A stretch of DNA of 21,909 bases from Octopus sinensis (GCF_006345805.1 NW_021823673.1:1-21909); one strand, 5' to 3'. Positions 9,784 to 20,411 are shown, counted from the stretch's first letter. A program made the numbers and translations. Notes: generated by a model not told the origin, from the sequence alone.

Positions 9784-10053
9784 CAACAGGTGTCTTTCGA
9801 CTAAGGACGAATTGAATTAAGCTGATGCGTGTGGAAATAAAGCCTTACGGCAGAGATATAAATGTGTCACAAACACAGGGAAGAATATCGATGTTGCACG
9901 GACCACGGTCAGACCAAGAAAGAAAGAGCAGACTGGCCGATCGGTCACGTGGGAAGAGAAGAGAGAGAACATAACAACAGGTGTCTTTCGACTAAGGACG
10001 AATTGAATTAAGCTGGCGCGTGTGGAAATGAAGCCTTAGGGCAGAGATACAAA
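9784..10053. repeat. Pair of 79-bp direct repeats (pseudo-LTR-like)
   Basis: 9784-9862 and 9975-10053, 74/79 identical, period 191 bp. Confidence 0.9.
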
Positions 10054-10353
10054 GATTTCACAAAAATTTTGCAAAAATGTATCATAATTCAAAATATATT
10101 AAACTAAAAATTATATATTTACTTATTTAGCTAGTATCAATAAAGACTGACACCTGGTATTAGCTAAAATTTTACACTAAAAAACTAAGGGTTGTATTGT
10201 AGGTTTAAGAAGTTATTGTTACTCCATACGATATTTATAGTTACTTAGGGGCACTTAATTAGAAGGGCTACCTATATAAAGGCCCTTATGAATATTAAGA
10301 TCAGGAGGGTAGAGCTCTTTAAGAAAGGCATAAATCCCTTTCTTACCCCTTTC
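10054..10353 (-). pseudogene. Heavily decayed coding-like remnant, possibly PLE ORF
   Basis: Stop-bounded frame 10353-10258 reads ERGKKGIYAFLKELYPPDLNIHKGLYIGSPSN; many stops downstream. Assignment uncertain. Confidence 0.3.
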
Positions 10354-10366
10354 TTAAAGAGCTCTA
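10310..10366. repeat. Perfect 19-bp inverted repeat with 19-nt spacer
   Basis: TAGAGCTCTTTAAGAAAGG (10310-10328) / CCTTTCTTAAAGAGCTCTA (10348-10366). Confidence 0.95.
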
Positions 10367-10440
10367 TATCAAACTCTCTCCTTCCACCGAGCGTCTTGTG
10401 CACGTCCTCACGTTCGTTTTATTCTTTTTTTTTGTATTCG
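10357..10440 (+). mobile_element. Degenerate relative of the 9434-9530 hammerhead-tail sequence
   Basis: Shares AAGAGCTC, AAAC, GAGCGTC and TTGT.CACGT.CTC.CGTT in the same order; the hammerhead core is lost. Confidence 0.55.
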
Positions 10441-10929
10441 TTTATTTGAATTGTTTGTTTATTTGAATTCACAATATATCGTTGATATTATGTTAAACTG
10501 TCAATATTTATTTTTGCTTGCAATAGCTAGTTCTTTTGGTCAAACTATCGTATCTCCAGCTGCTTCAGATGCCAGGATATCAAAAACTGTCAAACTGTAG
10601 TACAACAGTTTTGCTATGGAGTTCTCTGAAAAAGCAACGTTTTGAACTTACGACACTTTTGCATAATAGCAACGATATATAAATATAATACATTAAAAAT
10701 GAGCTTCGTTCTTTCTTGCTTGCTTCAATATTACACAGTCACACTGGAGCATAATGGAAAAATACTGTGAATTAAGGCTCACTTGAAATGTGAATATGAA
10801 CGAAATAAAACAAGTTTCGCATAAATCGGACAAGTGATTCTTGAGATATTAGGGGTTTGGGGTTATAAATACCCAAAACGGTGCATGATGGGAAAATACA
10901 TGATGGGAAAAGACCTGTTCGTAACCTCG

Positions 10930-10971
<42 letters not shown>

Positions 10972-11145
10972 TCTAAATGATTGAAAACAAAGTATACTGG
11001 AAGCTTTATTTAGGACAACGATCGTTTCGTCTTACTTCTGCACTGTTCCCTGGGGGGGTGGAGAACGATGTGCACCTTAAAGACTCCTACCTAAACTTTT
11101 TAATACAACTTATATGCATGTGAGTGTGTGTGCGTGTGTAATGAT

Positions 11146-11356
11146 GCGAGCTGGCAGAAGCGTTAGCACGCCGGGCGAAATGCCTAGCAGTATTTCGTCT
11201 GTCTTTACGTTCTGAGTTCAAATTCCGCCGAGCCCGACTTTGCCTTTCATCCTTTCGGGGTCGATAAATTAAGTACCAGTTGCGTACTAGAGTCGATCTA
11301 ATCGACAGGCCCTCTTACCAAAAATTTCGGGCCTTGTGCCTAGAGTAGGAAAGAAT
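11146..11356 (+). mobile_element. SINE family C, tail type 3
   Basis: GAGCTGGCAGAAGCGTTAGCACGCCGGGCG...GAGTTCAAATTCCGCCGAG...GGCCTTGTGCCTAGAGTAGGAAAGAAT. Confidence 0.9.
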
Positions 11357-11604
11357 GGGTATATATGTATATGCATTTATATTCATGCGACTATATGTTT
11401 GCGTATTTATATATTAATACTTGCTTTTATGTCAAGTTATAAAGTTTTGTATAAAAACAATTTAACATTAAACTCAGGGATAAATCAATACTTTCTCGTA
11501 TTTATTAACTTATGTATGTAAAAGGTTGAAGAGATTTTGAAGGCGCGCAAGCCGAAACTTCCGAATTACCGTCAAACGTTTTACTTATAAAGGTTAGTAA
11601 ACAT

Positions 11605-11979
11605 GTCTGTGTGTATGTATGTATATATGTATGTATACATATATATGTATGAATACATATATATTAATGTATGTTTATATATATATATATATACATTTAT
11701 AAACACGCTGGCATATATATGTGTGTGTGTGTAAAGTAAACCCACGTAACCGTAAATCTACTTACTTTTACACTTATATACACACAGACACACGAGACCC
11801 TCATTATCACACGGACACAATGTCGGATGGGATGCACGCACACACACATACACACACCTACTTCTACACCATATAAAATACATACACACACGCACGCACA
11901 TTATATACATTATACAATATTCCCAGAAGTTTATGTCATTGAGTAATAAACCTAAATGTATTCAATATATATGCGTGTG

Positions 11980-12025
<46 letters not shown>

Positions 12026-12148
12026 CATACATATACATAAATGTATGATGGAGAAAGTGAGTGTATAAATGGAATACATTTAACTTTTATTACTCAAATA
12101 CTTAAACTTGTTGAAATCTAGAATATATTGAACGTACATACATACATA

Positions 12149-12197
<49 letters not shown>

Positions 12198-12477
12198 GCA
12201 TACACAAATACAGATACACACATAAACACAGATGCACACATAAATATATGCTTACACACTTACGTACATTCATATACACATGCACGCATAAATTATGCAT
12301 CCTTGAAATAGGCGCCCAATTATATATTGTATCAACGGCACACTATAACAGCTAATACTCTTGTGCTAAAGCAAACGTGTGTGTATGTGTATGTATATAT
12401 ACATATACATATATATATGCATATATATAGATATATATATGCTTGTATACATTCATGTATATATAAGAATTTATATA

Positions 12478-12515
<38 letters not shown>

Positions 12516-12620
12516 CTACATATGCGAACATATGTTCGAACATATCTACGTATTCATAATCATACGTGTGTGTATATATATGAATATATATATATATTCA
12601 TACTCTCACACACGCTGGCG
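11605..12620. repeat. Compound (TA)n/(CA)n/(TATG)n microsatellite-rich region
   Basis: Direct reading, with short unique spacers. Confidence 0.85.
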
Positions 12621-13129
12621 TACACATTTGCACAGGTACGCGTACACAACATACATTACGCGATTAATAATAATTATACGAGTAACGTAACTTTCCTTCT
12701 CAAGAACCATTTTCTGAACGATAAATGCTTCCACAGTTTAATATCATTGCCAATACGATGAAAACCCTCAAAGACCATCTACCATTGTTACTCCCGCTAA
12801 TATTCTACAAAGAGTTTTTAACGTTTGTGTTGATGGACGACGTATATAAAATGTGAATTATTTAATTTCTCTATAAGGCTACACCGACAACGATACAAAG
12901 GAAGGTGAAGAGAAACTAGCTTTAGATTTCAATGACAATAGATACAATAATTGTAATTATTACAAAAGCAAATATTGGATATTTCCTATTAATTGCTGCC
13001 ATATATGTTACACGTTCTGTTTTTCGTTGCTGCGCCATAAATATGTCTCTGTACGTGTATATATGTAAGTATGTGTACGGGCGAATACTTTTTTCGTTTT
13101 GTCTTCGTGTCATATACATAAATATACGC

Positions 13130-13641
13130 ACACAAATATACACACACACACATATACATCATACATAATAACACACACACATATATATGTGTGTGTATAT
13201 ATATGTTATAATAATAATATATATACATACCTACATATATATATATAGATTATATATATAATATATAATATATAATATAATATATATTTATATGTACATA
13301 TATATGTACATATATATATATAGAGATATAGATATAGATATATATATACACATATATATACACATACAAATACATTCATGTTTTGTGTAATTTGTATATA
13401 GATGTAAGTGTATATAATACATGTCTATATTTAAATATAGGTGTATATATTATATATATAGTATATATACATATATGTTATATAATATATATGTATATAT
13501 GTAAGTTACGTAATATATAATATAACATATATATAGGTAAGTTATATAATATATATATATATATGTGTATGCGTGCGTGTGTATGTGTGTGTCTGCTTGT
13601 ATGTGGGGGTTGTACTTTGTATGTATGTGTGTGTTCATGTA

Positions 13642-13704
<63 letters not shown>

Positions 13705-13720
13705 TATGTGTGTGTGTGTA
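13130..13720. repeat. Compound (TA)n/(TG)n microsatellite region
   Basis: Direct reading; long (TG)n at about 13647-13702. Confidence 0.9.
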
Positions 13721-14047
13721 TCCGCATCTCATATATTTCTTCAGTCGGTCTCATTCTCCTTTGAAATTTTCTGCGTGGATGTGCGTGAGTTTGTGCACGT
13801 AGGAGAGATCGGTTGTGCGTCGTTATGTGTCCCTGCATTTGTTTGTTAGTGTGCGCATGTGCAGCGTGTATGAGCATGTGCGTGCATCTGTGTGCATGTA
13901 TGCGTGCGCGTGTATAAGGACGAAAGCTAATTTCCCACAAATATTTATTTTGTTTTAATCTACAAATTCTCGGTGAATAATGCCTGCTTTGTTATGATTG
14001 CCTTTTTACCTCCACCCTTCCATGCCTGCACACCCCACTCCTGGCTT

Positions 14048-14087
14048 CATATATATATATATATATTGTGTGTGTGTGTGTGTGTGT

Positions 14088-14131
<44 letters not shown>

Positions 14132-14137
14132 GTGTGC

Positions 14138-14201
<64 letters not shown>

Positions 14202-14266
14202 CATATATGATATATATGTATCATTCTATCCCTATTGTACCTGTGGGTGGTACATGTACTTCAAGG

Positions 14267-14311
<45 letters not shown>

Positions 14312-14376
14312 CATACATGTATTATATATACATATATAATGTGTGTGTATATATATATACATGTATGTATATATAT

Positions 14377-14424
<48 letters not shown>

Positions 14425-14440
14425 ATATATATATATATAC
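14048..14440. repeat. Compound (TA)n/(TG)n microsatellite region
   Basis: Direct reading; encloses a 52-bp non-simple island at 14217-14268. Confidence 0.9.
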
Positions 14441-14679
14441 TATGAATGTGTGTGGATGTGTGTGGAGTTGCGTGTATGTGTTCCTTCGTATGTGAATGCG
14501 TAATGTATTTCAATAATAAACATGACCATTACCAAATGGGGTATACGGAGAAAGAAATCGTCAACTGGCTTTCTACCCGCTTTAATCATGTTTTGTTTTA
14601 AAATATATAAATGTAGAATACATCAAATGTGTTTCTTTGAACAGTATTACCTTGATAATACATAAGTAAATTACACCCT

Positions 14680-14680
<1 letters not shown>

Positions 14681-14713
<33 letters not shown>

Positions 14714-14830
14714 ACTACACACATACACACACATACTCACACACACACACACACACACACACACAATATGCACCTAGCATAGAGACACACGCTTATCTGA
14801 ATGTGTGTGTTTGTGTGTGTGTGTGTGTTT
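14681..14830. repeat. (CT)n, (CA)n and (TG)n microsatellites
   Basis: Direct reading. Confidence 0.85.
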
Positions 14831-14976
14831 GAACATAAATGCATACATTTAAGGCAATCAGAGAAGAAAAAGGAGAGCTCAATACATTTTTTGTAAAGTA
14901 ATGTATATTTTTCGTTTTTTTTTTTGTTTTTTTCTTTTTTTTTTTTTGTAAGCATCACTTAATAACGAATAATTTG

Positions 14977-15007
14977 ATAGATAGATAGATAGATAGATAG
15001 ATAGAAT

Positions 15008-15081
<74 letters not shown>

Positions 15082-15107
15082 TCGATAGATAGAATAGATA
15101 GATAGAT

Positions 15108-15154
<47 letters not shown>

Positions 15155-15240
15155 TATAGATAGATAGATAGATGGACAGAGACAGAGGCAGACGGTCAGA
15201 CGGACGGACAGACAGACAGACAGACAGATAGATAGATAAT

Positions 15241-15286
<46 letters not shown>

Positions 15287-15497
15287 AGATAGACAGAAGA
15301 CAGACAGATTGATAGATAGATAGATAGATAGATAGATACATACATACATACATACATACATACACCCATACATACATACATACATACATACATGCATGCA
15401 TGCATGCATACATACATACCTACATGCATACATGCATGCATACATACATACATACATACATACATACATACATACATACATACATACATACATACAT
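14977..15497. repeat. Compound tetranucleotide array (GATA/GACA/GACG/CATA/CATG)n
   Basis: Direct reading; source of the IYLS/CMYV ORFs. Confidence 0.95.
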
Positions 15498-15880
15498 CTA
15501 CTCATATATCTCTGAATAGTTTCATTAGTTGGTATATTAAATGATCATTTTTCCAATTCAAGAGGCAAACCGGAAACGGAAGTTTCAATTTATCTCCGAA
15601 AGTTATTGGAGTCGTAAATGCACCATTTCGGAACTTCACGTACACTTACATATATATGCGTTTGTGTTTGTGTGTGTGTATATGTGTGCGTGTGTGAGTG
15701 AGTGTGTGTGCGTGTTTGTACGTGTGTGTGTTTTTTGTATGTGTGTGTATGTGTATGTGCGTGTGTGTGTGTGTGTGTGTGTGTATGTCTGCGCCTATTG
15801 AACGTGACACTATTTTCGTGAAGGTATGAATACAAAAACGTGCTTAGATACAAACGAGTATATGTACGTATATATATACA

Positions 15881-15918
<38 letters not shown>

Positions 15919-16026
15919 ATACATGTTACACATGTATGCACGCAAACATAAATACACACACGAACGCGTGCGCACATGTATGCACTGAGTGGGAGTTGGA
16001 GAAAGACAAAATGATTACCCACAGTC

Positions 16027-16128
<102 letters not shown>

Positions 16129-16163
16129 CAATGGGTACGGATATATTTTTTAGTGGCGACACC

Positions 16164-16238
16164 TGTATCATTTTATCCCTATTGTACGTGTGGGTGGTAG
16201 TCAAAAACCAAAAGATGGCGTATATGTACTTCAAGGAT
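16164..16238 (+). repeat. Unclassified dispersed repeat, second copy at 14217-14268
   Basis: TGTATCATT.TATCCCTATTGTAC.TGTGGGTGGTA...ATGTACTTCAAGGAT in both; the 14217 copy lacks about 23 internal nt. Confidence 0.75.
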
Positions 16239-16435
16239 ATTTTGAAAAGTGGAATTTGGTCACAATACACCTACAGACATCTTGTATATGGCGGCCACCA
16301 AGAGCAAAATTCGATCGGAGTTATGATACTCGGAGTTTACTTTGGAGAAACGACAAAAGGAAAACAGGTTATGAATCACTGAAGCTTGGAGCCTTTACGA
16401 TGGGGTGTGATACTCTAATGACGATATATATTACA

Positions 16436-16888
16436 CTAGCAGTATCGCCCGGCGTTGCTCGGGTTTGTAAGGGAAATAACTATATAAGCATTTTTAGAGA
16501 GTCACTTCCCTTATAGATGCCAATTCGGGCTTTCTTAGCCATTTCTGTTTTGGTGTCTTCAAGCCATGAAGTCGTTGTTCTAAAAGAACGCTGGTCTCCT
16601 TGACAATGCTTTACGACGTTGATTTGCTTACACTCCCTTCCCCACAGCTTCACGAGGGAGGGAAGAAGGGGGAAAAGCAACATTAAAATGGAATAAAAAA
16701 TTATGTTAAATTATTTTTAAAATCGTAGACTCATTGTAGACGCGCGCTAATAGCCAGACGGGCTCGATATGAATCACGACTATAAGATACCCGAATTTGG
16801 TTAAACTGCACCGCAAAATGTGGGAGTAGTTAGGAATCTAAATCGAAGGGGACAGACACTCACACAACTACAGTTTTATATATATAGA
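16436..16888 (-). mobile_element. Non-autonomous Helitron
   Basis: Minus strand A|TCTATATATATAAAA 5' end, CTAG|T 3' end, hairpin CCCGAGCAACGCCGGG (16448-16463); last ~67 bp nearly identical to 7415-7480. Confidence 0.87.
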
Positions 16889-16934
16889 TATGATGATTTT
16901 CAAATAATTCTTGTTTGCAATACATACATTTGTT

Positions 16935-17147
16935 AAGGCGGTGAGCTAGCAGAAACGTTAGCGCCTCGAGCCAAGTGCATAGCGGCATTTCGTCCATGTT
17001 TACGTTCTGTGTTCACATGCCACCAAGGTCGACTTTGCCTTTCATCTTTTCGGGGGTTGATAAAATAAGTACCAATGAGAAACTGGGATCGATATAATTG
17101 ACTTACCCTCTCCCCAAAATTGCTGGCCTTGTGCCAAAATTTGAAAC
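16935..17147 (+). mobile_element. SINE family C, full length, tail type 2
   Basis: AAGGCGGTGAGCTAGCAGAAACGTTAGC head; tail CCCCAAAATTGCTGGCCTTGTGCCAAAATTTGAAAC. Confidence 0.9.
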
Positions 17148-17306
17148 TATTGTGTAAACCTTTTGTTAACCCATTGCTTCGTGTGCTGCAAACTTTTTAT
17201 ACATCAAGTTGGACACATCCAATTAAAATAATACAATTAACGACTAATACATCAAGTTAAACGTATCCAAATACAATTATATAATATAAGTAAATGATTA
17301 TTGAGT

Positions 17307-17561
17307 GGAGGCGCGTAGGTTAGTGGTTAGGGTGTAAGCATCATGATCGTAAGATTATGGTTTCGATTCCTGGACCGGGCGATGCGTTGTGTTCTTGACC
17401 AAACCACACCATTTCACGTTGCTCCAGTCCACTCAGCTGGCAAAAATGAGTAACGTTGCGATGGACTGGCGTCCCGTCCTGCTGGGAAACACATAAGCCA
17501 TTGAAACCGGGAAACCGGGCCCATGAGCCTGGCTATGCTTTAAAATGGCGCATTTTTTTTT
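17307..17561 (+). mobile_element. tRNA-derived SINE, family B head with alternative tail and TSD
   Basis: GGAGGCGCGTAGGTTAGTGGTTAGG head, GGTTTCGATTCC B box, core CTCCAGTCCACTCAGCTGGCAAAAATGAGT. TSD AATGATTATTGAG (17293-17305) / AATGATTGTTGAG (17562-17574), 12/13. Confidence 0.9.
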
Positions 17562-17771
17562 AATGATTGTTGAGATTTTTAAAAGAAAAATCATAATGTA
17601 AGTTAAAATAAATATTATAAAATTTTGTAAATTGAATTCCAAAATACTTATAGTTAGGTATGTATCAACTTATTTATACAGTGAGTAATAAAAATATAAT
17701 TAGAAATAATTATGAGTTAAAGAAAATAGAATAATGGCCAATATTTGTTTTGTGGAGTTGGGGGCTCTGGA

Positions 17772-17807
17772 TCCCAAATTTCGGTCTTATTAGACCGCTT
17801 CAGGGAA
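17772..17807 (-). ncRNA. Degenerate minimal hammerhead-like motif at PLE ORF end
   Basis: TTCC / CTGAAGC / GGTCT-AATA-AGACC / GAAA / TTT / GGGA: A9 replaced by C, stem III shortened. Confidence 0.55.
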
Positions 17808-18024
17808 GCATAGTTTTGTAGTTTTGAGAGAATAACTATGAAGACATTTGGTATAGTACACTAGTTAGAGAGTATATGTAAAGTATACGAAGATTCCTAG
17901 CGAATCATTGTTGGTAATTATGAGCTCCGGTGAGTAAAGAATAGCCTTGTCATTGACGCTCCATATGATGTTAGGAATGTCATTTCAGGTTAGTATAGAA
18001 ATGCGTTCCAGATGTATTTCGGTC
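17772..18024 (-). pseudogene. Second, more truncated tandem copy of the PLE endonuclease 3' end
   Basis: 243-bp period (CGGTCTTATT at 17782 and 18025); translation KYIWN...NDIPNIIWSVNDKA...GAHNYQQ*FARNLRIL. Confidence 0.75.
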
Positions 18025-18412
18025 CGGTCTTATTGGGCCACTTCTGCAAAGCACAGACTGTATCTTGCTTGTAGTTTTGAGAGAATAGCTATGTAGATGC
18101 ACGATATAGTAAACAAGTTAGAGAGAATATGTTGAAGTATATGAAGCTTCTCGCGGAAGCAGAGTTGGCAATTATGAATCCCTGGTAAGTTAGAAGGAGC
18201 TTTGTCAATGCTGCTCCATATGATATTACGGATGTCGTTTCCTTGGTTCTGGAGTCTTTAGAAGAAGCGAGATAAAGCAGTAGACACCTGAAGGAATGCA
18301 TGCGTTGCGTTTATCTTCCCTTAAAATCTCTAGCTGTTATGCCCGTGTGGTGATTCGTGATGCCAACGTACGGTGTGAAACTAGTTCATTAGACTACAGC
18401 TTTTGAAAGACA
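18025..18412 (-). pseudogene. Decayed GIY-YIG endonuclease C-terminal region of a Penelope-like element
   Basis: Minus-strand translation with stops and a frameshift: CLSKAVV*...PYVGIT...RDFKGR*TQRMHSFR / STALSRFF*RLQNQGNDIRNIIWSSIDKAPSNLPGIHNCQLCFREKLHIL. Motif order VVY-YIG-R..H-ST.LS..W-W-CxLC-EK matches PLE endonucleases as I recall them. Confidence 0.8.
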
Positions 18413-18683
18413 AGTAGGAAATTGAGATACTTTATAGGAATAAGTATTTGAAGAAATTACTCAGAGTCGATCCTCCTAAAAAACAATAGTTAAAGGCGTT
18501 TTTCTTACATATAGAATGCGAAGAGCATTAAAACAAAACTAATTATAAAAAATTTCATATTAGTATGGAGTACGGTGAAGCTTATTTCTTTTTCTTTTTT
18601 TTTTCTTTTTCTTTTTTGTTAAAAAGAGCTAACAAAACCGAAGCAGTACAGAATTGTCTCCCGTGACGATGGTCACGGACGAT

Positions 18684-19028
18684 CTCCGTCGTTCGATGAC
18701 GAAGATTCATTTATTCGATCAACTGAATTACATGCTCTTGAATAAACATATAAGTGGCTGAGTATTCCGCACACATATATACTCTTTAATTCTCAGGCAG
18801 AATCATCATGACTCAGTGTGTGTGACATCGTTGTATCTTTTGAATTACATGTACAATCCACCAGGCAAGCTTCTATACAGTTCCCCTCTACCCAGTTTCG
18901 CTCACAAGATACATTGGGTAACCCGAGGATATACAAAATAACGTTTTCACAAAATCTAATGCAGAAGGATCGAACCTGTGACATTGTATTACGAAGCGAA
19001 GTTATTTGCCTTTCAGCCATGTTGCGCC
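18684..19028 (-). mobile_element. Chimeric SINE: family A head/core with family B1-type tail
   Basis: Minus strand head GGCGCAACATGGCTG...GGTTCGATCC (B box 18976-18967); core CCTCGGG...CTTGTGAG...GGTAGA.GG.AACTG..TAGAAGC like family A; then TTGTACATGTAATTCAAA...CTCAGCCACTT...GTTGATCGAAT...CGACGGA like 1418-1600. Confidence 0.75.
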
Positions 19029-19403
19029 TAAGCTGTCTAGCGTAATTTTCAGAATAATTAAAATTACATAAGTCATTAACAAATATTGTGAATTTCTTGT
19101 CACATAATTACACTTAATTATGTCTGATTAGATTTTAATGCTCACTGACATTAACTCGATTACTGCTTTTCATACAGAGGAGGTCTCTGGGAAATTTATT
19201 CTCTTTAAACATACAACAGTGTGTAAATTTGACGAGCTTATTGTTCGTTTATTGAAGATATAGTTTAAATATAGTAGATTGTCAATATATTACTGAAACT
19301 ATATATTACTGAAATAATGTAGATTGCAAATATATTACTGTGTGTGTGCGCGCGTGCTTGTACATGTGTGTGTGTGTGTGTGTGTGTCCATGCATACATA
19401 TAT

Positions 19404-19562
19404 GGCGTGGCTGTGTGGTAAGAAGCTCGCTTTCCGATCACATGGTTTCGGATTCAGTCCCGCTGCGTGGCACCTTGGACAACCGTCTGTTATTATATAG
19501 CCCCAATCCGATCAAAGCCTTGTGAGTGGATTTGGTAAACGGAAACTGAAAGAAGCCTGTCG
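19404..19562 (+). mobile_element. SINE family A, 5' half only
   Basis: GGCGTGGCTGTGTGGTAAGAAGC...GGAAACTGAAAGAAGCCTGTCG, then microsatellite; no 3' half seen. Confidence 0.88.
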
Positions 19563-19573
19563 CATATATATAT

Positions 19574-19642
<69 letters not shown>

Positions 19643-19705
19643 GATAGATAGATAGATAGATATATAGAGAGAGAGAGAGATATATAGATTTATGTATATG
19701 TGCTT

Positions 19706-19755
<50 letters not shown>
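19563..19755. repeat. (TAGA)n/(GA)n/(TA)n microsatellite
   Basis: Direct reading. Confidence 0.95.
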
Positions 19756-19758
<3 letters not shown>

Positions 19759-19944
19759 AAATAGAAAGATGAATAATATTGTAGTGGATTAATAAAAAGT
19801 TTAACCGATACCTAGTAGCAAAATAAAGCAGTTGAACAGCACGGTTGGAGGTACAACCATCTGGCGTTGCAACCGTGCGTTGGTGCGGATAATTGAATTA
19901 TTAAAACATTATTCAGCTCCATTTCTTAATTCACCAATAAGTTT

Positions 19945-20042
19945 TATAATATATATATATATAAAATGAGATAGGGGTTGTAAATTCAACCCTCCATGGG
20001 ATAACATATATCCTATATATATATATATATATAGATATATAT

Positions 20043-20095
<53 letters not shown>

Positions 20096-20140
20096 TATAT
20101 ATATATATAAACATACATACATATATGTGTGTGTGTATGT
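19945..20140. repeat. (TA)n-rich microsatellite region
   Basis: Direct reading. Confidence 0.9.
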
Positions 20141-20194
20141 ATCTTTATGTTTCGACCTTTAACAGGCAAGTGTTTCGACCTTTAACTTCTTACG

Positions 20195-20349
20195 CTCTAA
20201 AGCTGCTGGGCTACATCCAGGCCATGACTCCTGGGTGCCCTCCTTCTGACACTTTTTAACCACTTTGGATATCCGAGACTTGTACATTTAAACCACTTGG
20301 AAATTTCATCAAGTTGGAACTCCTCTGCGTTGATCAGCTTGGTTATCAT
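20195..20349 (-). pseudogene. Possible Tc1/mariner transposase N-terminal HTH remnant
   Basis: Frameshifted minus-strand translation MITKL...DEISKW / LNV / KSRISKVVKKCQKEGTQESWPG resembles the EIAK.LNV..STISRIIKK.KETGS pattern. No TIR identified. Confidence 0.35.
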
Positions 20350-20409
20350 GGTAGCGGTGAAACTTCAATGCTATCACAATGATTCATTCAAAGTTCTTTC
20401 CCTTAGTTT

Positions 20410-20411
<2 letters not shown>

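Noticed and set aside
10263-10287. TATATAAA inside an AAGGGC/GCCCTT hairpin as a promoter
   Set aside because: TATA-like words are ubiquitous in this window and there is no downstream gene.
10054-10300. TpA-rich, stop-riddled stretch suggesting RIP-like hypermutation or a NUMT
   Set aside because: AT-richness largely explains it, RIP is a fungal process, and no mitochondrial gene motif was recognised; it would need a consensus comparison.
12865-12910. Possible micro-exon (TTTCTCTATAAG...GAAG|GTGAAG)
   Set aside because: Weak donor site, no recognisable peptide, no other support.
20148-20186. 16-bp direct repeat TGTTTCGACCTTTAAC as a TSD
   Set aside because: Only 7 nt lie between the copies; a simple local duplication suffices.
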